A DNA stretch of 57,809 nucleotides. Origin: Octopus sinensis (Eukaryota). The notes under the pieces are model-generated. The model ran no database searches. It saw only the letters and a program-made list of their open reading frames with translations, and was not told the DNA's origin. Position 1 is the stretch's first letter. Every line of letters starts with the position of its first letter. Where the stretch lies: assembly GCF_006345805.1 (NCBI RefSeq), contig NW_021832996.1, positions 1 through 57,809 of the forward strand, in the 5' to 3' direction. The position numbers and the translations under genes are program-made. This document shows positions 1 to 14,548 of this stretch, in pieces.

Positions 1-283
1 GTGTGTGTGTGCGGAGAGAAAAAGAGGGAAAATAATAGAGGGAAATTGAGAAAAATTGTAAGAAAGAGGATTGTGATAGAGTAATAATATATAGGGTTGA
101 GAAAAAAGCTAGTTTGAAGACAAGTTAAGAAATATTTGATGTCGTTGGAAGGAAAGAAGAACTTGTTAAATAAATTGTAATGGACGTTAAACAGCAGAAG
201 AAGGAAAGAACCAAGCAAGGAGGAAGAAGAGGAGAAGAAGGAGGAGGACGAAAGTTTAGTGAATGTTATAGTTACTGACGTTG

Positions 284-325
284 ATGATGATGATGATGGT
301 GATGATGGTAATGATGGTGGTGAAG

Positions 326-357
<32 letters not shown>

Positions 358-499
358 GACATCAACGAAAATGACGTTGATGACGGGAGTGCCGATGGTG
401 ATAATGACGATGACGAAGACGACGACGATGACGACGGCGACGCTGATGACGACGCTGATGACGACGACGATGCCGATGATGATGATGATGATGATGATA

Positions 500-535
<36 letters not shown>

Positions 536-623
536 GGGGGGGGTGACTTTTACCGTTTGGAAGATGAAAACATATCGCAGGAAAGTAAGATACTAGAAGA
601 AGAAGAAGAAGAAGAAGAAGAAG

Positions 624-655
<32 letters not shown>

Positions 656-740
656 GACGAAGAAAAAGACGAAGAAGAAGAAATGGCATACAACTAAGGT
701 TCTTCATATTGTTACTGTTGTCGTTGTTGTTATTTATTGC

Positions 741-807
<67 letters not shown>

Positions 808-812
808 TTTAT
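284..812. repeat. Simple repeats (GAT/GAC)n, (GAA)n, (ATT)n
   Basis: Directly visible trinucleotide runs; they produce the poly-D/poly-M/poly-E ORFs in the track. Confidence 0.95.
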
Positions 813-1351
813 CATTATTTTAAGTTTAAAAGAAAGGAGTTGTTAGTTGTGTTTGAATTGAAAGGCGAAGAACGTCGTCAGAAAAGAATATGATCAGCTT
901 GAAAAATTAATGGGATTAAGAAATTTTTTCAAAAAAAGAGGAGGGGGAGATCCGGAATAATTTTTTTTTCTTTAAACCCTGTGAACATAGTCAGACAATA
1001 ATGCAAATTATAGGGTCCAGAAATATAGCTCCCCCCACTTTTATTTTTTTGTGAATTCAAATATTAAAAGAAAAAAAGATGTCGGAAAAGAAAACAGAAA
1101 AGGAACATAAAAGACGATTTAAGTTATATTTTCTTTATAGAATGTTTGATGGAGGAATGAAATTGTCTTAAACATTTCTGGTGTTTATATATGTGTGTGT
1201 GTGGTATGAGAGTCGTCATATGAGTGAATGTGTGTATGTGTGTAAACACCATTTGATTGCGATCGAGGCGAAAAGCTACTGAGGAGTGAAAAAATGGTTT
1301 TTATTGCAAGCTGAGACTCTTAAAATCCATGCGCCTATTTTGAAGCTTCTA

Positions 1352-1377
1352 ATATCTATCAATCAATCGATCGATCG

Positions 1378-1419
<42 letters not shown>

Positions 1420-1442
1420 AAATCTATCTATCTATCTATCTA

Positions 1443-1488
<46 letters not shown>

Positions 1489-1497
1489 CATACCAAT
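1352..1497. repeat. (ATCT)n tetranucleotide microsatellite with no element inserted
   Basis: Directly visible. Confidence 0.95.
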
Positions 1498-1582
1498 CTA
1501 TCCATAGATGGGTAAACTGAGAGGTAAATATTACGATACACATACATAAATACATATACGCAACACAAAGATATTGGTAGAT

Positions 1583-1673
<91 letters not shown>

Positions 1674-1744
1674 GCATTAGCGTCAAAGGTCGTATTAATA
1701 CTGAGTGGTAAGATTATTATTTCCACTTCAACACAGTGGATAGT

Positions 1745-1806
1745 GACGGACGAAATGCCGCTAAGTATTTTACCTGGCATGCTAACGATTCTGCCAGCTC
1801 GCCGCT
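1745..1806 (-). mobile_element. tRNA-derived SINE head fragment (family B)
   Basis: gacgaaatgccgctaagtattttacctggcatgctaacgattctgccagctcgccgc matches the SINE head at 14214-14268 and 28830-28886. Confidence 0.7.
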
Positions 1807-1820
1807 TGAATAATAATAAT

Positions 1821-1900
<80 letters not shown>

Positions 1901-2256
1901 TAACAATAATAATAATGATAATAATAATAACAATAATAATAATAAAAATAATAATAATAATAACAACACATAGTAGGTGCATTAGGCATGATAAAAAAAT
2001 ATTCAGACAAATACATAACAAAAACACCAGGACTTACAAACACATATAACATACAGAAAATTGCACTACTAGGCACTGCACACATCCTACGCAGAACACT
2101 TTCCATACAATAACCATCAGAGCATCACAACAAATCACAGCACATACCCAAGGCACACAGAGCTGCGCTCGGTAGTGAAGTGAAAGCACGTGATAAAAAG
2201 AAGGCTACTGAATGATGATGATGATAATGATGATAATGATAATAATAATTATAATA

Positions 2257-2310
<54 letters not shown>

Positions 2311-2329
2311 TAATAATAAAAATAATAAC

Positions 2330-2399
<70 letters not shown>

Positions 2400-2679
2400 G
2401 CTTCCGATTTAAGCACAAGCGCAGTAATTTATAAGGAATGTTACAGTAGCTGACTAGTATTTTAATTCATGGTTACTTGTACATATATAATACGATCTCT
2501 TACTGGCCGCGAAGAAACAGAGTTTGAAAAAAATGCCATGATGTATTTTGTCCAATGCTGCAAAGATTTCTGTCAAAGACGTCGAGATTGCAATAAATGG
2601 CTGGTATTATTTCATTCTCTCTGGAGTTATAAAATGTTAAATCAATTCGAGGATGGTCGGAACACAAAACTTCACCGCT

Positions 2680-2862
2680 TTTACTCTTTTACTTGTTTCA
2701 GTCATGTGACTGGCCATGCTGGAGCACCGCCTTTAGTCGAGCAAATCGACCCCAGGACTTATTCTTTGTAAGCCTAGTACATATTCTATCGGTCTCTTTT
2801 ACCGAACCGCTAAGTTACGGAGATTGTCAAGCAATACTGGGGGGGGGGCAAACACAGACACA

Positions 2863-2914
<52 letters not shown>

Positions 2915-3112
2915 GATATATTTAAATACATATATACATATATATATACGACGGGCTTCTTTCAGTTCCCGTCTACCAAATCCACTCACAAGGCTTTGGT
3001 CGACCCGAGGCTATAGTAGAAGACACTTGCCCAAGGTACCACGCAGTGGGACTGAACCCAGAACCACGTGGTTGGTAAGCAAGCTACTTACCACACAGTC
3101 ACTCCTACGCCT
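2680..3112 (-). mobile_element. Bipartite tRNA-derived SINE (family A): tRNA-like head, CORE-like segment, internal (TA)/(GT) microsatellite, LINE-like 3' tail
   Basis: Minus strand reads ggcgtaggagtgactgtgtggtaag...gggttcagtcccactgcgtggtaccttgggcaagtgtcttc (A box, B box, CORE-like ccttgggcaagt) and ends ggcggtgctccagcatggccagtcac; repeated many times in the window. Confidence 0.85.
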
Positions 3113-3214
3113 ATAAACAAAATATTGATGAACAGACCACCACTTTAGCATAAACAGAACACCTGCTCGTGGATTTAAGGTGTAAGTGTCTGACACCTGT
3201 ATGTTTAACATTGT

Positions 3215-3360
3215 TCTCAGGGATATCCAGCGTGACACAGAACGGGGCAAGGCTACTCATTTCTGCCAGATGAGCTTACTGAAGCAACGCGAAATAAAGT
3301 ACCTTGCTCAAGGACTCAACACCCCACCCCCGGGAATCGAACTCAGGACCTTGTGATCGT

Positions 3361-3385
<25 letters not shown>
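3215..3385 (-). mobile_element. tRNA-derived SINE (family C) with a short deletion in the head
   Basis: Minus strand gtgaaggcgcgtggcttagt..tcacgatcacaaggtcctgagttcgattccc...ccttgagcaaggtact; related copies at 31980-32050, 35830-36020 and 57255-57420. Confidence 0.7.
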
Positions 3386-5048
<1,663 letters not shown>

Positions 5049-5378
5049 TTACATTTAATGTATTAAACATCATTTGATTTATGTCAGGCGAGTGGGTGAA
5101 GTGTACTAAACACATAATATAGAGTATATGGTATTTTACCGAAGCTGGAACTTGAAGTTTGTCTCGCGATATAGATATACATAATTCTTCCTGCATGCCC
5201 AGAATTACGACGATTCGATCCTGTACCCTGCTTGAAAGAAACTCAGAGAACATGTTTATGCTAGGTAAAATGAAAATATAAAAATAATTATAAATAGAAT
5301 CGAAAATGAAAGGAAGAATCTTTAACAAGTTTAGATTTTGTGGTAAGGCATTTTAGCAGGAGGCGTGTGTGTGTGTGT

Positions 5379-5418
<40 letters not shown>

Positions 5419-5831
5419 GGATGAATGAGAACGGAAATAGAAAGGAGAGGTGCGCATGTGTAGGTGGGTGTCTCAGATGCAATGGAGGAAAAGAGGAAAG
5501 TGGGAGTGTGTATGTATTATGTTTTTGCCTGCGTCGTGTGTTACTCATGTAGTCATATAATGTGTATCTGTGTGTGTATGTATGCATATGCGTCTGTCTC
5601 CGTATGTGTGGGTGTGTGTGGGTATGTGTACGTCTATGTGTGTGTGTGTGCCTTTGTTGTATCCATAAATGTTATTGTACGCGTGAGTGAAATAGGAGTG
5701 CTTCGTTGAAAAGACTATAGTTGGTGAGGTGGCAGTTACTTGTCAGATCTATTTTCGAGTATTATTGTTGTTTAATGTAAACGGAAGAGAAGGGAGTGGT
5801 TTCGTGGGTTCGTGGCGAAGTGCTAAATGCT

Positions 5832-5950
5832 TCATTCCATTTCGAACAGGGGTCCTTCAGAAAAATGAACACCAAACATAGTAGAGATTGTCGCCAGTGT
5901 TTCGTCCGATTTTCGACTTGTTTCTTTCCATTCTTCGATACCAGCGCCAC
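5832..5950 (-). CDS. Candidate host-gene exon (GAGIEEWKETSRKSDETLATISTMFGVHFSEGPLFEME*), product unknown
   Basis: Unique GC-balanced island; AG acceptor at 5952-5951; open frame with natural composition. Homology not recognised. Confidence 0.25.
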
Positions 5951-6085
5951 CTATATATTTATATTTAGAACAAACGAAAAGAAATGCTTTATTATTAAAT
6001 TTAACTTATAAATATCAATTTTATTTATTCATATGTGCGAGTGTATGTATAGCTATATGCATTCATATTCTTATCAATCTATCTG

Positions 6086-6166
<81 letters not shown>

Positions 6167-6265
6167 TTTTCTTATTTTTTATTTTTTCTCTCCCAAAAAG
6201 AAAGGTTCTACTTTGTAATTTGTCCCCTCTGTGTTCAGCCCTGTGTGGCTAATAAAGAAATATAT

Positions 6266-6266
<1 letters not shown>
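6167..6266 (+). mobile_element. ~100-bp 3'-terminal stub of a Tx1-like LINE
   Basis: aaaagaaaggttctactttgtaatttgtcccctctgtgttcagccctgtgtggctaataaagaaa matches the 3' ends at 10035-10100 and 10655-10724; (ATCT)n on both sides. Confidence 0.85.
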
Positions 6267-6325
<59 letters not shown>

Positions 6326-9300
6326 TAGAAATCATAGCCATAAGCGAGACCAGACTCCACAATCCGCGGGCCCTAAAGACCATGTTTGGCGGACAGTTCA
6401 ACATTTATTTTTCCCCCTGTCTGCCGAGAATGGGCGGTAGTGGCACCGCGGTACTTTTTCACAAGAGTCTGGATCTCAATGTAAGGACAATATTCGTAGA
6501 CCCGGAGGGTAGACTGGTCGTCCTGGATGTCGACGGCAGCAATGGGTGCGCTTTTCGACTCGTATCAGTTTACGCACCGCCCTTAACAGGTCGGGCGGAT
6601 TTCTTTCAACGTCTAGAAGTTTTCTTGGGAACGTCTCGTCCTTTACTCTTAGTGGGGGATTGGAATGCTACCTTGGACACGCATGTAGACTACGTGGGTA
6701 GAGATAGGAATAGACGGGGATGCAAATGCCTCAGAGACCTGCTCAGACGCTTTCAACTGTCTGACAGGTTTCGACTAGACCACCCGAATGCGCCAACGTG
6801 GACATGGAGCAACCGCATCGGGTCGTCGAGATCGTATCTAGATAGGATACTGTGTAGGACAGTAGATAGAGATAGCATAGGATGTCCACAATTCCACATA
6901 GTCAGCTACACGGATCACAAACTTGTGACATGTACGCTAGACTTAGGTAAGACACTTAGGCAGGGTCCCGGATACTGGAAACTAAACGCGTCTTTCCCAT
7001 CGAGACAAGTTTTCAGAGACCGGATTAGCACACTAGTAAAGAGGCTTTGACGGGAGCCATCATCACAACAAATGGTGGTTTGCCCTCAAGAGAGCAGTAA
7101 AAGCAGAAGCGATTAGGTACAGCAAAGCACTAGCCATAGATAGAAATAGAGTAGAGGGTGAGCTAGTTAAGAAGCTAGAAGAGGCAATTAGAAGCGGCAT
7201 CGCATCCGACGTTTTGGCGGCGAGGTTGGCCCTCGACCAACACTTCAACGCCAAACACGAAGGATGTGCTGTCAGAGCTAGGATGCGTGCTCTAAGGAAC
7301 GAAGGTGTTGGAGCCGCGAGAGAGGCCCGGGTGGCAGAGGCGCAACAGGGCAACAAAGCCACCATTCGGTCACTGGTAGATGAACAGGGGCGCGAATTGC
7401 TCGAGCCAAGTAAAATGTGTGAGGCCTTTCAGCAGCATTTTGCCCGACTGTTCGGAACGAGTGGAGGGCAAGAACGTAGGGTGGACTTCAGTGCCTACCT
7501 ACATAGCCTACCACGACTCTCGACAAGAAAGGCAGGGTGCTGCGAAGGTGCCATCACGGCGGCGGAAGTGCGGGAAGCGATGGCAGAATGCTCGAGGGAC
7601 AAATCACCGGGTTTGGATGGTCTACCCTACGAGCTTTACAATTGTATGCCAGACTTGTTTGGAGATCTCTTGGCGGCGGTGTACTGCAACTGGCAGCAAA
7701 ACGGGAGCATTCCTGGTTTTGTGAGCCGAGGAGCCGTAACACTGCTGAAGAAAGATCTAAACAAGGGAAATGTAATAGATAACTTTAGGCCCATCACTCT
7801 GCTTAATGCAGACTTGAAAATTTTGGCCAAGGTGCTAGCCAAGAGGTTGGCGCTTGTCATCGAGAAACTGGTCGACAAGGCGCAAACATGCGCCGTGCCA
7901 GGCCGGACCATCCATGACAACCTCCATCTGATGCGCTACATCATAGACAGGGTAGTTAACGAACCTGGCATGGGTGGGGCCCTGATCAACTTGGATCAAT
8001 CAAAAGCCTTTGATAGGGTAGACCATCGATACTTGGAGGCAGTCCTGAGAGCGGCTGGTTTCGGTCCCGTCTTCCGCGGCTGGATAGCTGCCTTGTACAG
8101 AGGCATCCGTTCGGTAATTCGCGTAAATGGACATCTATCGAGACCTTTCGACATTGCACGTTCGGTCCGTCAGGGATGCCCCCTCTCGGCGCTTCTATAC
8201 GTATTGACTCTTGAGCCACTACTGCTGAAGCTGGCGACTCTAAGGGGCATCCCGCGAGAATTGGGATGCGGGACGAGCGTGTCTGCATACGCGGACGACG
8301 TCACGTCATAGTGTCTAGCCACGAGCACATCGAGCTGGTCGGCGAGACACTGAAAAACTACGAAGCGGTGACAGGAGCGAAAATCAACCGGGAAAAGTCA
8401 GTGGGCTTGCGACTAGGCACCTGGAGAAGCAAGCCCATGCCGTCCACCAGCGCCTCCGTCGTGGGACGCTGGACCGACGGCCCGGTTGAGTTGCTCGGGG
8501 TCTGGTTTGGTCCGGACCTCCAAGTGGAGAAGAACTGGAACGAGATAACGAGTAGGGTGGTGACTCTCGCCCGGCAATGGGCCGAGAGGAAACTGTCCCT
8601 AAAAGGTCGAGCGGAGGTGGCGAACACGTACATCGCGTCCGTCATCTACTACCGCCTGACCGTCGTACCTTGTCCCGACCCTACCATCACCAAACTACAA
8701 CGCATCCTCTTTCGCTTCTTGTGGAAAGGATGCGTCCCGATGGTCAGGCGATCCATTTGCTGTCACACCCGTTAAAAGGAGGGCTGGGCATGCCGTGGTT
8801 GATGATGCGCAGACACGCGCTGAGACTGCGACATCTCTGGCTCTATGTAGACGACGGTGAACAGGTGTGGTCGCCGTTTGTGAGGCACGCTTTCCCGCAG
8901 CTCGTCTCCATGACCGAACTGCAGTCGTGGATCAAAAAGAGGCCGAGGAAGGGCGAATGGCACCGCGAGTGTCGCGTTGCTCTCAAGCAAGTCTGCCGTC
9001 CTGGGTCGACCTTAAGTGACTTCAACACAACCAAAGCATTCTATAGGGGTTAGTGGAGGGGAGGTACGACGACGAGCTCGGGGCGAACCTGGACGTCGAC
9101 GAGGAGTACCTGACCCGCCTGTTCGGGACGACTTTCGGGCCAGGGCCCATGGACAACTTCCAGAGATCCCTGGCCTGGCAGTGCTACCGAGAAGCGCTAC
9201 CCGTTCGGGATAAGCTCTACAGACACGGCTCGAGAAACACGGGGCCGACCTGCCCGAGATGCGGTCAGAGCGACGAAACCGTTCTGCACGCACTCGTTCA

Positions 9301-9670
9301 GTGTCCAACAATTTCCGACCTGTGGGCTTATGTCGAACAACTGCTGTCACGTGTGGGACGAGTCGGTTTATCAGCTGAGTCTATCGTCAATATTGTCACG
9401 CCTCCTTCCTTCAAACGGGAAGGAAGAGCTATTTTCATCATCCTTGTGGCTATGGCGAAAGAATGTATCTGGTGGACGCGTCTGAAAGGATTGGAGACAA
9501 ACACTTTCCTCTCTGGTCAATCTCTCATCAACTTCTTCAAGTACCACTTGAAAAGGAAAGTGAGAGTAGAGAGGCAAGTTTTGTCTAGCGAATGTTTTAA
9601 AAAAAGATGGGTGAATGTTGCAAGAATGGCACGTATGAATGACGAAGCCACCTTGAGCATAGTCCTATGA
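6326..9670 (+). pseudogene. ORF2 (APE endonuclease - reverse transcriptase - zinc knuckle), broken by about five single-base deletions
   Basis: EIIAISETRL, VSVYAP, LVGDWNATLD, SYLDRIL; KSPGLDGLPYELY, NFRPITLLNADLKILAK, LDQSKAFDRVDH, VRQGCPLS, YADDVT; CPRCGQSDETVLHALVQC. Frame changes near 7045, 7070, 8305, 8770 and 9050. Confidence 0.92.
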
Positions 9671-9893
9671 ACCCAGAAATCGAAAACAGAGAGTTACTTA
9701 TTTGCAAAAAAAAAAAAAAAAAAAAAGAAATATAAAATGTGACTTCATTGACCGAGGTTACCGTGGTCTTTTCCGTAGGCTTTTCTTTCCACGGGTAAAC
9801 CTCACCTGTCCTCCCCTTTACACTTCATATTGACATTTCTGTGATAACGATCCCTATTGATCATTTTTTTTTTTTTTTTTTTTTTTTCTCTCC

Positions 9894-9930
<37 letters not shown>

Positions 9931-9992
9931 CCCTTTTTTTTTGTCCTCTTTCTCTCCTTTTACGATCCCTTTTGATCGAACCTCCCCCTTCC

Positions 9993-10027
<35 letters not shown>

Positions 10028-10099
10028 CCTTCAAAAGAAAAGCTCTACCTTGTAATTTGTTCTATCTGTGTGCAGCCCTGTGTGGCTAATAAAGAAACA

Positions 10100-10100
<1 letters not shown>
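6326..10100 (+). mobile_element. L1/Tx1-clade non-LTR retrotransposon, 5'-truncated at the start of ORF2, inserted in (ATCT)n
   Basis: APE endonuclease, RT and CCHC motifs; T-rich 3' UTR with AATAAA followed directly by (ATCT)n. Confidence 0.95.
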
Positions 10101-10131
<31 letters not shown>

Positions 10132-10722
10132 GTGAGAATTGCTCCGCCCCCTTCCCTCAACCGGGAAGGCAAGGCAGTTTTCATCGTACTGGTGGCCATG
10201 GTGAAAGAATGTGTGTGGTGGACTCGAGCGAAAGGATTAGAAACAAACACTTACCTCTCTGGCCAATCGCTCATCAACTTTTTCAAGTACCACTTGAAAA
10301 GGAAGGTGAGAATGGAGAGGGAAGTTTTGTCTCGCGAAAGATTCAAAAAAAGATGGGTGAATGTTGCAAAGATGGTGCGTGCTAGTAACGAAACCATTTT
10401 GAGCATGATCCTGTAGATCGTAAAAAAGAAAGAAAGAGAGCATTTTTGATCTCATGTGGTTATTTCCTCCCTGACTGGGGTTCCCGTGGTCTTTTCTGTA
10501 GGCTTTTCTTCCCACGGATGAACCCAATCTTGTTATATCAATGTTTACATCATTATTTCTGTGATACACGATTTCCTTTTTTTTTCCCTTTTTTTTCCTC
10601 CTCTCGATCTCTTTTGATCGCAATCTTACATTTTTTAAATTTTTTTCCACCCTCGAAAAGAAAAGCTCTGCATTTGTATTTGTCCCCTCTGTATTCAGCC
10701 CTGTGTGGCTAATAAAAGAAAG

Positions 10723-10724
<2 letters not shown>
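10132..10724 (+). mobile_element. Second-subfamily Tx1-like copy, 5'-truncated (ORF2 C-terminus plus 3' UTR)
   Basis: RIAPPPSLNREGKAVFIVLVAMVKECVWWTR...SMIL* aligns with 9390-9670; same 3' end; (ATCT)n on both sides. Confidence 0.92.
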
Positions 10725-10770
<46 letters not shown>

Positions 10771-10771
10771 A

Positions 10772-10809
<38 letters not shown>

Positions 10810-11019
10810 GCTAGCTAGCTAGCTGCCTCCGTACCTAAGCTATCTCTCTCTCTCTCTCTCTCTCACTTTCCTCCCCCCTCTCTCTCTCTTTTTCTCTGAA
10901 ACATGTTTGAGTGATATTGTTTTGAAATCTACCTCAATTATGAGAGTTAATCAAAGACATCATCAACATCATTAACATAATGATGCAAATTTTATTCATA
11001 TGTTTTAAGAAGCCTTACC

Positions 11020-11118
11020 TGTGGAGCAGGTTCAGTCCCATAGCGTATTACCTTGGTCAAGTGTCTTCAACTATAGCCTCGACACAACCAAAGTCTTGTG
11101 AATGGATTTGGTAGACTT
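11020..11118 (+). mobile_element. Family A SINE fragment
   Basis: ggttcagtcccatagcgtattaccttggtcaagtgtcttcaactatagcctcg...ggatttggtagac. Confidence 0.7.
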
Positions 11119-11289
11119 TCAGGGTGAATGTTGTAATCACAGACAATTATAGATCATGGAAATTGCGTTAAGATCCGGCTTTATGAGTCCAAGCGGTGCA
11201 TGATTGGCCTAGCTTTGTCACATGTATGTGTATTTCCGTATATATGTGTCCGGGGTTGGATGTGTCAAAGTGGACGGATAGAAAGTACT

Positions 11290-14268
11290 CAATACTACAA
11301 TTATTCTTTTCTACTCTAGGCACAAAGCACGACATTTTTGGGGAGGAGTCTAGTCGACTAGATCGATCCCAGTACGCAACTGGTACTTAATTTATCGACA
11401 CCGAAAGGATAAAAGCAAAGTCGACCTCGGCGAATTTGAACTCAGAACGTAAAGACACACGAAATACCTATTTCTTTACTACCCACAAGGGGCTAGACAC
11501 AGAGAGGACAAACAAGGAGAGACTAGCGGATTAAGTCGATTATAACGACCCTAGTGCATAACTGGTCCTTAATCTATCGACCCCGAAAGGATGAAAGGCA
11601 AAGTCGACCTCGGCGAATTTGAAATCAGAACGTAACGGCAGACGAAATACCTATTTCTTTACTACCCACAAGGGGCTAAACACAGAGAGGACAAACAAGG
11701 AGAGACTAGCGGATTAAGTCGATTATAACGACCCTAGTGCATAACTGGTCCTTAATCTATCGACCCCGAAAGGATGAAAGGCAAAGTCGACCTCGGCGAA
11801 TTTGAAATCAGAACGTAACGGCAGACGAAATACTATTTCTTTCTACCCCCAGGGGCTAAACACAGAGAGGACAAACAAGGAGAGACTATAGCGGATTAAG
11901 TCGATTATAACGACCCTAGTGCATAACTGGTCCTTAATCTATCGACCATCGACCCCGAAGGATGAAGGCAAAGTCGACCTCGGCGATTTGAAATCAGAAC
12001 GTAACGGCAGACGAAATAGCTATTTCTTTACTACCCACAAGGGGCTAAACACAGAGAGGACAAACAAGGAGAGACTAGCGGATTAAGTCGTTATAACGAC
12101 CCTAGCATAACTGGTCCTTAATCTATCGACCCCGAAAGGATTGAAAGGCAAAGTCGACCTCGGCGAATTTGAAATCAGAACGTAACGGCAGACGAAATAG
12201 CTATTTCTTTACTACCCACAAGGGGCTAAACACAGAGAGGACAAACAAGGAGAGACTAGCGGATTAAGTCGATTATAACGACCCTAGTGCATAACTGGTC
12301 CTTAATCTATCGACCCCGAAAGGATGAAAGGCAAAGTCGACCTTCGCGAATTTGAAATCAGAACGTAACGGCAGACGAAATAGCTATTTCTTTACTACCC
12401 ACAAGGGGCTAAACACAGAGAGGACAAACAAGGAGAGACTAGCGGATTAAGTCGATTATAACGACCCTAGTGCATAACTGGTCCTTAATCTATCGACCCC
12501 GAAAGGATGAAAGGCAAAGTCGACCTCGGCGAATTTGAAATCAGAACGTAACGGCAGACGAAATAGCTATTTCTTTACTACCCACAAGGGGCTAAACACA
12601 GAGAGGACAAACAAGGAGAGACTAGCGGATTAAGTCGATTATAACGACCCTAGTGCATAACTGGTCCTTATCTATCGACCCCGAAAGGATGAAATGCAAG
12701 TCGACCTCGGCGAATTTGAAATCAGAACGTACGGCAGACGACGACATAGCTATTTCTTTACTAACCCACAAGGGGCTAGACACAGAGAGGACAAACAAGG
12801 AGAGACTAGCGGATTAAGTCGATTATAACGACCCTAGTGCATAACTGGTCCTTATCTATCGACCCCGAAAGGATGAAAGGCAAAGTCGACCTCGGGAATT
12901 GAAATCAGAACGTAACGGCAGGACGAAATAGCTATTTCTTTACTACCACACAAGGGGCTAGACACAGAGAGGACAAACAAGGAGAGAACTAGCGGATTAG
13001 TCGATTATAACGACCTAGTGCATAACTGGTCCTTAATCTATCGACCCCGAAAGGATGAAAGGCAAAGTCGACCTCGGCGAATTTGAAATCAGAACGTAAC
13101 GGCAGACGAAATAGCTATTTCTTTACTACCCACAAGGGGCTAAACACAGAGAGGACAAACAAGGAGAGACTAGCGGTTAAGTCGATTATAACGACCCTAG
13201 TGCATAACTGGTCCTTAATCTATCGACCCCGAAAGGATGAAAGGCAAAGTCGACCTCGGCGAATTTGAAATCAGAACGTAACGGCAGACGAAATAGCTAT
13301 TTCTTTACTACCCACAAGGGGCTAAACACAGAGAGGACAAACAAGGAGAGACTAGCGGATTAAGTCGATTATAACGACCCTAGTGCATAACTGGTCCTTA
13401 ATCTATCGACCCCGAAAGGATGAAAGGCAAAGTCGACCTCGGCGAATTTGAAATCAGAACGTAACGGCAGACGAAATAGCTATTTCTTTACTACCCACAA
13501 GGGGCTAGACACAGAGAGGACAAACAAGGAGAGACTAGCGGATTAAGTCGATTATAACGACCCTAGTGCATAACTGGTCCTTAATCTATCGACCCCGAAA
13601 GGATGAAAGGCAAAGTCGACCTCGGCGAATTTGAAATCAGAACGTAACGGCAGACGAAATACCTATTTCTTTACTACCCACAAGGGGCTAAACACCACAA
13701 ACAAACAGGAAGGACAAACAAGGAGAGACTAGCGGATTAAGTCGATTATAACGACCCTAGTGCATAACTGGTCCTTAATCTATCGACCCCGAAAGGATGA
13801 AAGGCAAAGTCGACCTCGGCGAATTTGAAATCAGAACGTAACGGCAGACGAAATACCTATTTCTTTACTACCCAAGGGGCTAAACACAGAGAGGACAAAC
13901 AAGGAGAGACTAGCGGATTAAGTCGATTATAACGACCCTAGTGCATAACTGGTCCTTAATCTATCGACCCCGAAAGGATGAAAGGCAAAGTCGACCTCGG
14001 CGAATTTGAAATCAGAACGTAACGGCAGACGAAATACCTATTTCTTTACTACCCACAAGGGGCTAGACACAGAGGGGACGAACAAGGACAGACAAATGGA
14101 TTAAGTCGATTATATCGACCCCAGTGCGTAACTGGTAGTTATTTAATCGACCCCGAAAAGATGAAAGGCAAAGTCGCCCTCAGCGGGATTTGAACTCAGA
14201 ACGTAATGGCAGACGAAATACCCTAAGCATTTCGCTCGGCGTGCTAACGTTTCTGCCAGCCCGCCGCC
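11290..14268 (-). repeat. Tandem array of 15 x ~183-bp units derived from SINE family B, capped by one intact SINE head (14214-14268) and a different SINE body (11290-11460)
   Basis: The unit marker gaaata(c/g)ctatttctttactaccc recurs at about 11461, 11644, 11827, 12013, 12194, 12377, 12560, 12743, 12925, 13108, 13290, 13473, 13656, 13850 and 14031. Confidence 0.95.
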
Positions 14269-14548
14269 TTTCAATACTAAAATTATTGCTGAAAAATATT
14301 TTTGAAACTGAAACTTGACATTTCCAGTGGCCACTGTGAGTTTCACACCCCAATTTTTGGACGATTACGATATACGAAACAGAAAAGTCGTATATAATAA
14401 ACATATAAAAGGAATATTTGAATAGTATAGCAAATGCAGATTGCATAAATTGATACAAAAGTATCTTATCTGTCTATAATACAAGCATTATATGACAAAA
14501 ACGGAGCGGACGATATAGTTATTGACGATATGGTATGATTAAGTGATA

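Noticed and set aside
259-2453. Long ORFs rich in D, E, N, I, L or Y here and throughout the track
   Set aside because: They are translations of trinucleotide and dinucleotide microsatellites with no other coding signal.
5070-5260. Unique island with splice-like borders on both strands
   Set aside because: All plus frames from the acceptor hit stops; the minus frame RVQDRIVVILGMQEEL... is plausible but unsupported, so it is not listed as a feature.
11461-11643. Hammerhead ribozyme in the 183-bp unit (retrozyme hypothesis)
   Set aside because: No CUGANGA...GAAA core on either strand; ggatgaaagg and gacgaaa do not form the required stems.
11461-14213. CRISPR-like regular array
   Set aside because: The units are near-identical over their whole length, there are no unique spacers or cas genes, and the unit is SINE-derived.
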